This document shows, one piece after another, positions 56,188 through 64,000 of a stretch of 64,000 bases of DNA. Each line of letters opens with the position of its first letter. Positions within the stretch are counted from its first letter, which is position 1. The translations under genes and the position numbers were made by a program. This DNA is from a virus. Its lineage: Duplodnaviria > Heunggongvirae > Uroviricota > Caudoviricetes. Location of the stretch: positions 1 to 64,000 of IMG/VR virus record IMGVR_UViG_3300024999_000035; one strand, written 5' to 3'. The notes under the pieces were generated by a model that was not told the DNA's origin, did not search any database, and was given only the letters and a program-made list of their open reading frames with translations.

Positions 56188-56844
56188 TTAAATAATCTCA
56201 AACACCACTTGCCTATACCCAAGATTTTTAATTAATCCATCAATATTTTCTTGCAAATCAACCATAGCATCATCAAACAATTTATCATCTTTCCCGATTG
56301 CATTAACAACATTTTGCTGTGCTTGTGCTGATAATATCTGAGTGTCAGAAGGACTAAATTGATCGAATAGAAACATATTATCTTCATTTATAATTTTTGA
56401 GTTTTGAGTATTTTGTTCAATGTATAATAATTGGATTCTGTTCTTTGGGATTGATATGTATGCGACACCATTTTCAATTTTTAATACTTTTATGTATTCA
56501 AGACTATTAATTCCAATTCCATAGTTGTATTCGAAGTCTAAGGTTATTTCTCTCAATGTGAATTTGTCAAATATCTTATCTTTATTTGTTATTTTGGATA
56601 AATATTTATATTTACCTTCGAGAGAAACGATTTCACCTACTTTCCTTATTTCGTTTTGGATTAGAGTTGTGTCTTCTTGCATTTTCTTTAATTCTGCTGT
56701 TCTTTCAATGTCTTTTTGATAATCTCTTAGTTGCGATTGTTCAACTGGTATGGGTTTTGGTATAGATAGATTATGATATTTTAGATAAATATTTGTGGCA
56801 AATAAAGCCCCTAATATTGTTAAAGCAATAATTGGTTTTTTCAT
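56188..56844 (-). CDS. membrane-anchored/secreted protein (N-terminal TM or signal anchor)
   Basis: MKKPIIALTILGALFATNIYL. Confidence 0.5.
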   Translation of the reverse strand: MKKPIIALTILGALFATNIYLKYHNLSIPKPIPVEQSQLRDYQKDIERTAELKKMQEDTTLIQNEIRKVGEIVSLEGKYKYLSKITNKDKIFDKFTLREITLDFEYNYGIGINSLEYIKVLKIENGVAYISIPKNRIQLLYIEQNTQNSKIINEDNMFLFDQFSPSDTQILSAQAQQNVVNAIGKDDKLFDDAMVDLQENIDGLIKNLGYRQVVFEII

Positions 56845-56879
56845 TCAACTCACTTCCTAAATTTTATTTTATAATTTAA

Positions 56880-57203
56880 TTAATCATTGTTAGGCATAGG
56901 CCCACGATGTAATTTAACCCAATATGGTTTATATCTCTCTAATAACTTAAACATATTATCTCTTCCAACACCATTTGCTGTATGAAGAAATATTTGTTTA
57001 GGATAAATATTTTGATTATATTGCCCTGCTTCAATAAGCCATTTACATAAGTCATAACCTGTCTCAGTTTCATTTAAGTCATGGTCAAGTGATAGAATAT
57101 TGATATCATTTGCTAACAGCAATAAGCGACATTCTAGAGCATTCTTTGCTAGAGTAAATCGTTCAGGGCATGGTCTGATATCATCCATGAAAATATTAAT
57201 CAT
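56880..57203 (-). CDS. standalone receiver (CheY-like REC) domain-like protein, tentative
   Basis: Spacing of NIFMDDIR (DD), ILSLDHDL (D), IFLHTANG (T) and YKPY (K-P) mirrors the REC-domain hallmark residues. Confidence 0.3.
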   Translation of the reverse strand: MINIFMDDIRPCPERFTLAKNALECRLLLLANDINILSLDHDLNETETGYDLCKWLIEAGQYNQNIYPKQIFLHTANGVGRDNMFKLLERYKPYWVKLHRGPMPNND

Positions 57204-57218
57204 CTATTATTCTCCTTT

Positions 57219-57482
57219 CTATAATTTCCAATCAGAAATCTTATTCTTTACCATGTCTCTTAATTTTTCATAAACTATATAATTAACTGCCTCATCATCT
57301 AAAAGTTGATATCTAACACTTTCTGCAATTGCTTCTGGTAATAATTTTTCAATTTCCATCTCAATTATTTTCTGAATATTCTCATTTGACATTTTACTGC
57401 GAACAATATCTTTAATGATTTGAGTTAATCCTTTTTCTTGAATTATAGTTTCAATTTCATCTTTAATAATTTCTTCTAACAT
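57219..57482 (-). CDS. hypothetical protein
   Basis: 87-aa ORF. Confidence 0.4.
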   Translation of the reverse strand: MLEEIIKDEIETIIQEKGLTQIIKDIVRSKMSNENIQKIIEMEIEKLLPEAIAESVRYQLLDDEAVNYIVYEKLRDMVKNKISDWKL

Positions 57483-57524
57483 TTATTTTCCTTTTTTCTA
57501 ATTTTCTTTCTTATTTGTATTTTT

Positions 57525-57719
57525 CTAAACAATACTCAAATATTCATTAAACAATTTAAACAATTCTTCTTCACATTGTTTTTCAGAAAAATCTCTAAAA
57601 TATTCATCAAATGATTCAAGTTTGTCTCCCATCATTGTTTCTAATTTTTTTGGATTGTATTCAAATGCATCAACCAATGTTGCCATAACTGCACTTAAAA
57701 TTAATTTATCTTTATCCAT
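57525..57719 (-). CDS. hypothetical small protein
   Basis: 64-aa ORF. Confidence 0.35.
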   Translation of the reverse strand: MDKDKLILSAVMATLVDAFEYNPKKLETMMGDKLESFDEYFRDFSEKQCEEELFKLFNEYLSIV

Positions 57720-57738
57720 TATCTTACCAACTCCTTCT

Positions 57739-58062
57739 TTACAATTTCACTAGCAATTTTCCCATCATACATACCCCATAAGAATTTTTCAGTACAGACA
57801 TAACTTTGCCAATTTGAACTTCTGAATTAATATCTTTTAATGCTTCAATGATATCTCTAACAACATTTTCTAACTCCTCTCTGTTCATTTTCTGAGGCAA
57901 GTAATTACTTAGAGTTTTAATTTCATTCTCAATATGACTAACATCTTTATTATTTTTCAAAAGAATTGTTTGAATCTCATTTGCGTTCTTAACAAATTTC
58001 TCAATGACTTGCAATACTTCTTGATCTGTTGATTCACGATTTCCAAGATTCTTTCCGACCAT
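57739..58062 (-). CDS. hypothetical protein (possibly GatB/YqeY-like), start probably at ATG 58062
   Basis: The ORF-track start at 58089 lies inside the TnpB element right end. The in-frame ATG (MVGKNLGNRESTDQ) sits 14 nt beyond the element boundary. Confidence 0.4.
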   Translation of the reverse strand: MVGKNLGNRESTDQEVLQVIEKFVKNANEIQTILLKNNKDVSHIENEIKTLSNYLPQKMNREELENVVRDIIEALKDINSEVQIGKVMSVLKNSYGVCMMGKLLVKL

Positions 58063-58240
58063 AGATGCTTCAGATTGAACTTCACACAAATAAAATTTGC
58101 ATAATTCCTAATTCATTGACCAGACTAACGCCCAATCTCCAAAGACTATCCCTGTAGTTCCTACAGTTCTAAACATTTTTAACCTATTAATCTCATTCCT
58201 TCATTCCTAATATTAATTGCAGCATTTATATCTCTGTTAT
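58056..58240 (-). ncRNA. candidate TnpB omega-RNA of copy B (scaffold about 58076..58240, then flank-derived guide about 58056..58075)
   Basis: Homologous to the copy A scaffold (GGAGAT.GG.GTTA...GTCAATGAA..AGGAA...TTTATTTGTGTGAAGTTCA). Similarity ends at 58076. Confidence 0.5.
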
Positions 58241-59310
58241 GATGACTACCGCACTCTGGGCAAATCCATTCTCTAATAGATAAATCTTTTACCTCAACAT
58301 TTTTATATCCACAAATATTACACAATTGAGAAGAAGGGAAGTATCTATCTATTACTGAAATTTCTCTACCGTACCAAATTGCTTTGTAATTTAACATAGA
58401 AGTAAAATTATACCACGAAGCATCTGATATACTTTTTGCTAATTTATAATCCTTCTTCATTTCTTCAATATCTAAACTTTCTAGACAAATAATTTGGTTT
58501 TCATTAATAAGTCTAGTTGATAGTTTTTGAAGAAAATCTATTCTGGTATTAGTAATTTTCTCATAAAGCCTAACTACTTTAATTCTTGCTTTATTTCTAT
58601 TTTTACTACCTTTTTGCTTTTTAGAATGTTTTCTATGTAATTTAGTTAATTTATTTTCATATTTTTGATAATATTTAGGATTATCTATAATCTCTGCTTC
58701 GGATGTAATAGCAAAATCTTTAATCCCTAAATCTATTCCAATATTAATTTTTGATATAGGTAGTTTAATAGGTTCTGGAAATTCACAAAGTATAGATATA
58801 AAATACTTACCACTAGGGACTTGAGATACTGTTACATTTTTGATTACTCCAATTACTTCTCTTGATTTAGCAAATTTAATTAGACCAAGTTTAGGAAGTT
58901 TAATTTTATTGCCATCAATTCTAATATTATTATTCGATACATTGGTTCTATAAGATTTGCGGTTATCTTTTTTAGATTTAAACTTAGGAAAACCTTGTTT
59001 TTTATTCCCTTTCTTTATTTCTCTAAAGAAATTTTGATAAGCTCTATCTAAATTTCTGAGAGTTTGTTGAAGAGAAACACTATCAATTTCTTTTAGCCAT
59101 TCAAATTGCTTTTTAAGTTGAGGAAGATTGCTTGAGCATTGATTGTATGTTAATGACTTTTTATCATTTACATACATTTCAATTCGTTTATTAAGATAAT
59201 AATTATATATGAACCTATTTGATCCTAAAGTTTTATTAATTAATATTTCTTGTTCTTTATTGGGATATAATCTAAACTTAAATGCTTTAAACATGAATTA
59301 ATTCCCTATA
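58076..59310 (-). mobile_element. compact TnpB-only IS200/605-type element, copy B (left end approximate)
   Basis: Right-end boundary defined by loss of similarity to copy A. Left end shares GAATTwATTyATG with copy A. Confidence 0.55.
58179..59294 (-). CDS. tnpB: TnpB (IS200/IS605-family OrfB, IS1341-like), intact
   Basis: [26 protein letters not shown] and CNICG...CPECG. Aligns with copy A along its full length. Confidence 0.9.
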   Translation of the reverse strand: MFKAFKFRLYPNKEQEILINKTLGSNRFIYNYYLNKRIEMYVNDKKSLTYNQCSSNLPQLKKQFEWLKEIDSVSLQQTLRNLDRAYQNFFREIKKGNKKQGFPKFKSKKDNRKSYRTNVSNNNIRIDGNKIKLPKLGLIKFAKSREVIGVIKNVTVSQVPSGKYFISILCEFPEPIKLPISKINIGIDLGIKDFAITSEAEIIDNPKYYQKYENKLTKLHRKHSKKQKGSKNRNKARIKVVRLYEKITNTRIDFLQKLSTRLINENQIICLESLDIEEMKKDYKLAKSISDASWYNFTSMLNYKAIWYGREISVIDRYFPSSQLCNICGYKNVEVKDLSIREWICPECGSHHNRDINAAINIRNEGMRLIG

Positions 59311-59355
59311 AAAATCAGATTTAATTTGATTGATTAACATTTTTATACCTTCTTT

Positions 59356-59730
59356 CTAACAATGTTTTTTAATATATTGTTCTATTTTACATTCTTTTAT
59401 AAATTCTATAATATTTTCATCGTCACCTTCCATGCTTTCTAATAGACTTATTACACAGCATCTCCATGTTTCTGAATCTATTTCATATTCACTAAGAATT
59501 TCTACATCAAAGACTTCACGCTCATCACCATTATTATTTCTAATTAAATACATTTCTTCATTATAATCAAAATCTTCACCTTTAGTAAAATCAGATTTCT
59601 CTTTTTCAGTAAGTGGTCTAACAACTTCAAATGTCTGCATCTCTGGGAAGTTAGATTCTGGATCACACCAATATTTTCTAAAGTCTTTCTTTGTATATGG
59701 CAGGTATTTATCTTCATTTTGTTTTTTCAT
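59356..59730 (-). CDS. hypothetical acidic protein
   Basis: 124-aa ORF. Confidence 0.45.
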   Translation of the reverse strand: MKKQNEDKYLPYTKKDFRKYWCDPESNFPEMQTFEVVRPLTEKEKSDFTKGEDFDYNEEMYLIRNNNGDEREVFDVEILSEYEIDSETWRCCVISLLESMEGDDENIIEFIKECKIEQYIKKHC

Positions 59731-59762
59731 TTAATTTTCTCCTTCCAATGTATTTTAATAGT

Positions 59763-61604
59763 TTATATTGAATTTCCTAAAATACTCAATATTGTATTCA
59801 TATAGTCATCTTTATTTTTATGCTCTAAGAGTCTAAGTTCTTCAACAATATTATAAAGATTGCCCAAAATAAATTTATAATCACTAATATCTAAATTAAC
59901 TTCTAAATCTTCCCTTAAATTAGTTTGATCTATAATTTTTCTATCTACATAAACTTTATTTGCTTCAATATTCCTAATTACAAATACATTGTCTTCAATA
60001 ATCTGAGTATTAATATCTAAACTTTCTACCTTTATATTCTTTGTAACGGATAAATTACCTATTACAAAAGCATTATAAGATAGTCCTACCATCCTACTAA
60101 TCATATCAAACAACATTAATGCTCTATGTTCTTTAATATTTAATGATGTATCTGATAACACTCCAGTTATTATTACATCTTCAATTAGTTCTGAAATATG
60201 TAATACATTATCAGAATCTTTCATGTTTTTAAGAATTTCTTCCTCAATTTTATTTCTTGCAATAATTATTTTTAAATTATAATGTTTTGCTACATTGAGC
60301 TTATATTCATATTTCTCAACTTCTGAAAATCCAATATAAAATACTGGTTGGTCATTGTTTATGATAATTTCTCCTTGTTTTACAGTTGTTTCATTATCAT
60401 TAATCTCTGGTTTTTCTACATATCCATCGGAATAAGAGCTACTACCTTGATGTACTATAATTCCTTTTGCTTTTGGAGGCTGAGTTTTAATTTTAGCATC
60501 AATAGTTACTTCTTCAAAATTAGATTCATTTTGTTGATTTGACTCTTTTCTTAAATGTAATTCATAATCTTTAAAATTATTAATTCCTTTATTTTTTCCT
60601 TTTGCTATAGCAACACCTCTTAAATATTCTAAATCCTTTTCATCACTACTTTTAAATGTAAGGAATTTAATCATATTTTTAATTTCTTTCTTGTTTACAT
60701 AATAACTAATTGCACTCGTAAATTCATTAATTTCATCTTCGTCACCTTCGAGCATTGTTTCCGCACATAGTCTTTCAGCATAAGTCTTAACTATATTTCT
60801 AAAATCATAAAATTTACTATCCTTAATAACATCTTTTCTATCTGGTGAAGTTAAATTTAATGCTTTATCACTAATATGTAAATCACCTTTTAGATAAGGT
60901 GTGCTTTCTAGTTTAGTTACTAATCTTCCTTTATAAAAGATATTTAAATTATCTCCCCATCCATAATTATTATTTAGTGCAATCCAACCTTTAAAATTTT
61001 CTGCGTCTTCTATAGGTAATTTATATATACTGTTATCACCTTGGGTTAAATCCTTCTTCTCTTGCAATGTGTCGTTATAATAAATATCTAACTCATGAAT
61101 ATATCTTCCCAATAATCTTACTCTTTCTTGAATATCAGATGAGGAAGCAGTATTAAAATCAAAATTATTTAACACCAATTTAAATCCTTCATAGTATTCT
61201 TCGACTTCTTCTACTTTAATTTCGGTGTCATTTGTTTGAATCATATTTTCCACATCAAATGTAATTAATTTATTACCTGTATATATTTGAATAAAATTAC
61301 TAACTGTAATATTACTAAAGAAACCCATACCAAAGGGATTTTCTGTAGATTTAACATCATCATCCCATTCGCTTTCAGCAATAGAAAATAGTGCTTGAGG
61401 TTTAGTTAAAATTTGTCCATTGTTTTCTATAATTACTGTTTTTTCGTAATAATCTACTGTTACTTTAACCTCTGTTGCCTTTGCTCTTTGAGCATTTTGA
61501 ATGTCCTCATCTAGAAAGCATAGGGTATCTTTGAATGTACTTTGACGAAGTAATTTTAGTTGATTTATTACATTGACCTGTAATTGAACTTTGTTTTCGC
61601 TCAT
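59763..61604 (-). CDS. GHKL-superfamily ATPase, Hsp90/MORC-like N-terminal domain, plus about 490-aa uncharacterised C-terminal region
   Basis: N-box LDEDIQNAQRA (ExxxNAxxA), G1 IIENNGQIL...ALF, G2 NPFGMGFFSNITVS (Hsp90-like FGvGFYS). Possible middle-domain-like LNLTSPDRKD. Confidence 0.5.
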   Translation of the reverse strand: MSENKVQLQVNVINQLKLLRQSTFKDTLCFLDEDIQNAQRAKATEVKVTVDYYEKTVIIENNGQILTKPQALFSIAESEWDDDVKSTENPFGMGFFSNITVSNFIQIYTGNKLITFDVENMIQTNDTEIKVEEVEEYYEGFKLVLNNFDFNTASSSDIQERVRLLGRYIHELDIYYNDTLQEKKDLTQGDNSIYKLPIEDAENFKGWIALNNNYGWGDNLNIFYKGRLVTKLESTPYLKGDLHISDKALNLTSPDRKDVIKDSKFYDFRNIVKTYAERLCAETMLEGDEDEINEFTSAISYYVNKKEIKNMIKFLTFKSSDEKDLEYLRGVAIAKGKNKGINNFKDYELHLRKESNQQNESNFEEVTIDAKIKTQPPKAKGIIVHQGSSSYSDGYVEKPEINDNETTVKQGEIIINNDQPVFYIGFSEVEKYEYKLNVAKHYNLKIIIARNKIEEEILKNMKDSDNVLHISELIEDVIITGVLSDTSLNIKEHRALMLFDMISRMVGLSYNAFVIGNLSVTKNIKVESLDINTQIIEDNVFVIRNIEANKVYVDRKIIDQTNLREDLEVNLDISDYKFILGNLYNIVEELRLLEHKNKDDYMNTILSILGNSI

Positions 61605-61661
61605 TTTTATTAATCTCCTTCATATTTTAAATTTTATTTATAATCACTTAAATCTCCAATT

Positions 61662-62006
61662 TTAACTCAGTAAATTTACTAATATTACCTTATGCTTTAA
61701 GATAAAATCTAATATGTCCTGATAATATACATCTTCTGGACAATTTTCACTAACAAATTTAAGTAATTCTTTATCAATATCTTCAATTATTTCATACTCT
61801 CCTTTATAAACTTTTGCAGATCCATTTGTATCACCAAAATCTACTCCAATAGAACCATCATCACAGACAATATTGTCTTCTGCATTAAATATTTGACCTA
61901 TATATTGAGTACGCAAATTGGTTTCTGCAAGATATTTTGCCATTTCAATAACAGTCATATTTTTAATTTTTTCATGATTTGTCACTAATAACTCTCCTCT
62001 CATCAA
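61662..62006 (-). CDS. hypothetical protein
   Basis: 114-aa ORF. Confidence 0.45.
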   Translation of the reverse strand: MMRGELLVTNHEKIKNMTVIEMAKYLAETNLRTQYIGQIFNAEDNIVCDDGSIGVDFGDTNGSAKVYKGEYEIIEDIDKELLKFVSENCPEDVYYQDILDFILKHKVILVNLLS

Positions 62007-62026
62007 TTTCTAAATTTAGTATCATA

Positions 62027-63523
62027 CTATTTTAAATATTCATCATAGTACATCCATTCCAGCGATTCACCTAAATATTTGCCAGCATGTTTATATTTAT
62101 GCTTACAACAATAGACTATACTACTAGAACTCTTTATATTATATTTATTAGACGCTTCTTTTAAAGTATCAAATGTCTTACCAGTAGTTAAACATATAAC
62201 CTTTTTACTTATATTTTTAATTAGTGATAATATATTATTTCTTTTCTCTTCTTCTGGATCATAATCACACCACCCCAACTCAACTCCTTGTTTGAGATAT
62301 CTTGCAATTGTGTCTCTATGTAATTTTAACTTTTCTCCTATTTTAGAAACATTATCCGTTCCGCAATTCCATAAATTACAAACAACCTTAACCAAACTAT
62401 TACAAGCCCATTCATGGCATTTCAACCAATTAATATCTGATTCTTTAAAATTTAATAACTTAGGAAGCCTACTTTTCATGATACTGTCCTTAATCCAATT
62501 TATATTAGATTTTCTACAATCGATAATTATGTAGTTTGCTATACTATTTCCCCTTGCAGTCCATTCTTTGGTGAAATCATTATCTTGAGTTTTTTGTAAT
62601 TCTGTCCAAAAAATCCCACTAGATTCTTCATAATGTTGAATTCCATGAGTTTCGATAATACAATTAATTTTATCTATGTAATTATCGTATCTATAATCTT
62701 TACACCATTTAAAGGTATTTTTGCTTAATTGGGTTTTAAATTCTTTATCTAACAATTGCTCCAAGACATTAAACATAAATTTTTCTGGATATGATTTTCC
62801 ATCTGAACATTTTGGACATGCAAATCCATTGTTTATCAAACTTAAAAGTTGCATTGATTTCTCATACCCACAATCAGGGCATTTCATAGGAATCTTTACA
62901 TCAGATCCGAATGAATATTTTAAAGCATCTTCTTTATTTACTAAATATATTTGTAATTCAGGATGAGTTATAGATATAGAATTACATTGATTGCAAATAA
63001 TACTACCTTCATGCCCACTTATAAAACTACTAATGTTCTTCTGTTCAGATTTATGCTCTGGATATTCTAAACATTTGAACCAGTAACCTTTCCTGTTAAT
63101 TCCTAGCGAACCATAACTGACTTCATTAGGGTGTATTTTATTTAACCCATAGTCCCAACGAGATAGTATCTTGTCTACTTCGTCTTTAAGTAAGTTATCA
63201 TAGCACCATTGTTCAAAGGATTTACCATTGATTATTTTTGTTTTTATGATTTTTTCTTTACTAAATAAGTTGTAAGCACATTTTCTACAATAATATTTAC
63301 CATCTTCTCTTACTCCCTTTGTATAACTACACCATTGAATATTAGTTAATATTTCTCCACAACCATCACATTGAACATTAACCAAAGCGTGGGAACTATT
63401 AGATAAATCTTTGACGCTAATTTCTAAATCATTACTAATTCCAGTATATAAATATCCTTTATTTTCATATCTTTTTTTATTACTTGCGTGCCATTTTACT
63501 ATCACTGTTTCAGATAACAACAA
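62027..63523 (-). CDS. zinc-ribbon / restriction-endonuclease-fold homing-endonuclease-like protein with C-terminal ICLTTG...WMYYDEY DNA-binding module
   Basis: N-terminus paralogous to the 33768..35048 protein (MLLSETVIVKWHASNKK.YENKGYLYT versus MLLTKNVIIRWNSNNIKWYKSKGYVYT). Internal YRYDNYIDKINCIIETHGIQHY (D...ExH/QH nuclease-like). C-terminal module shared with GIY-YIG 53070..54008. Confidence 0.5.
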   Translation of the reverse strand: MLLSETVIVKWHASNKKRYENKGYLYTGISNDLEISVKDLSNSSHALVNVQCDGCGEILTNIQWCSYTKGVREDGKYYCRKCAYNLFSKEKIIKTKIINGKSFEQWCYDNLLKDEVDKILSRWDYGLNKIHPNEVSYGSLGINRKGYWFKCLEYPEHKSEQKNISSFISGHEGSIICNQCNSISITHPELQIYLVNKEDALKYSFGSDVKIPMKCPDCGYEKSMQLLSLINNGFACPKCSDGKSYPEKFMFNVLEQLLDKEFKTQLSKNTFKWCKDYRYDNYIDKINCIIETHGIQHYEESSGIFWTELQKTQDNDFTKEWTARGNSIANYIIIDCRKSNINWIKDSIMKSRLPKLLNFKESDINWLKCHEWACNSLVKVVCNLWNCGTDNVSKIGEKLKLHRDTIARYLKQGVELGWCDYDPEEEKRNNILSLIKNISKKVICLTTGKTFDTLKEASNKYNIKSSSSIVYCCKHKYKHAGKYLGESLEWMYYDEYLK

Positions 63524-63566
63524 TCGTTTACTTTCCTCCTTTTTAAATCAATCTACAGAATTTATT

Positions 63567-64000
63567 CTACTTTACTAATTTAAAAGGATTAGTATGTAAA
63601 GGTTTGCGATCTTCTGTAGCATCATAAAACTCTTCATAGTTCTCTTCTTGTGAATCATCGTCATTATGATAATAATCTCTCCAAGGATCTTCATCACAAT
63701 TCCATATTCCAGTTCGTTGCCACTCCTCAAATAAAGACTGATGTAACTCATGATCTAAATCAAATGATGATGTAAAGTGAGGGCTACTCATAAAGCCAGT
63801 TGGAACTATAGCAAATGACTTTATAAATTCCAATGAACAGACATCACATATCTCTGACTTACAATTCCCATAATCCCCTAAAGAAGTATTAAATGGTTGA
63901 ATATTTTCATCATGTGGATTAAATGGTTTTCCACATTTATTGCATTGTTTGCCAATTATGATTTGCTCAGTTCTTACAACTTCTACGCTTTTAGTTATAA
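63567..64000 (-). CDS. hypothetical zinc-finger-containing acidic protein, probably 5'-truncated by the window edge
   Basis: The ORF-track TTG start at 63833 is internal. The same frame stays open upstream to the window end (ITKSVEVVRTEQIIIGKQCNKCGKPFNPHDENIQPFNTSLGDYGNCKSEICDVCSLEFIKSF...) with no alternative start. Confidence 0.4.
   Translation of the reverse strand, partial: ITKSVEVVRTEQIIIGKQCNKCGKPFNPHDENIQPFNTSLGDYGNCKSEICDVCSLEFIKSFAIVPTGFMSSPHFTSSFDLDHELHQSLFEEWQRTGIWNCDEDPWRDYYHNDDDSQEENYEEFYDATEDRKPLHTNPFKLVK

Noticed and set aside
1-64000. CRISPR array, rRNA, integrase/attachment site, or virion structural and lysis module
   Set aside because: No direct-repeat/spacer periodicity was seen. 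No rRNA-like GC-rich conserved blocks are present. There is no tyrosine integrase (only the IS607 serine recombinase). No capsid, terminase, tail or endolysin signatures were found. The window appears to be entirely early/middle replication and accessory genes.

Overview
The window is a 64 kb, strongly AT-rich stretch with essentially every gene on the minus strand and tightly packed or overlapping. Content and organisation fit the early/middle DNA replication, nucleotide metabolism and host-takeover region of a large virulent phage of a low-GC host; the taxon cannot be assigned from sequence alone. Ribosome-binding sites are strong Firmicutes-type (AGGAGGTGA), and TTG/GTG start codons are used. 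Recognisable core genes are a family-B DNA polymerase, DnaG-type primase, DnaB-type helicase, RecD-like helicase, AAA_24/Sak4-like ATPase, an SSB-like acidic-tail protein, a PD-(D/E)xK nuclease, NAD-dependent DNA ligase, macro-domain protein, class II-like ribonucleotide reductase, dCMP deaminase, MazG-like pyrophosphatase and an HD-domain 5'-nucleotidase-like protein. The region is heavily invaded by selfish elements. There are at least seven homing-endonuclease-like genes: three HNH/AP2, two GIY-YIG, and two paralogous zinc-ribbon/restriction-endonuclease-fold proteins. There are also three TnpB-carrying IS elements: one IS607-type with a serine-recombinase TnpA and its own sigma70 promoter, and two compact TnpB-only IS200/605-type copies. 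All three have homologous omega-RNA scaffolds at their right ends, and the two compact copies sit about 14 nt upstream of small gene starts. Candidates for undescribed or anti-defence biology are listed below. First, a translationally coupled gamma-class N6-adenine methyltransferase, SNF2 helicase and zinc-ribbon nuclease trio (DarB-like). Second, a 613-aa Hsp90/MORC-like GHKL ATPase. Third, an SPFH/band-7 gene interrupted by an in-frame TGA, with a small transmembrane partner. Fourth, a 14-bp perfect inverted repeat that sequesters the SD of the SSB-like gene. Fifth, a family of near-consensus early promoters with a conserved AAATAAAAT UP element. Sixth, a lone plus-strand sRNA-like unit with a canonical terminator. 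Seventh, a cluster of small Cys-rich, membrane and lipoprotein genes. Eighth, a standalone receiver-like protein. No rRNA or CRISPR array was seen and no convincing tRNA was found.
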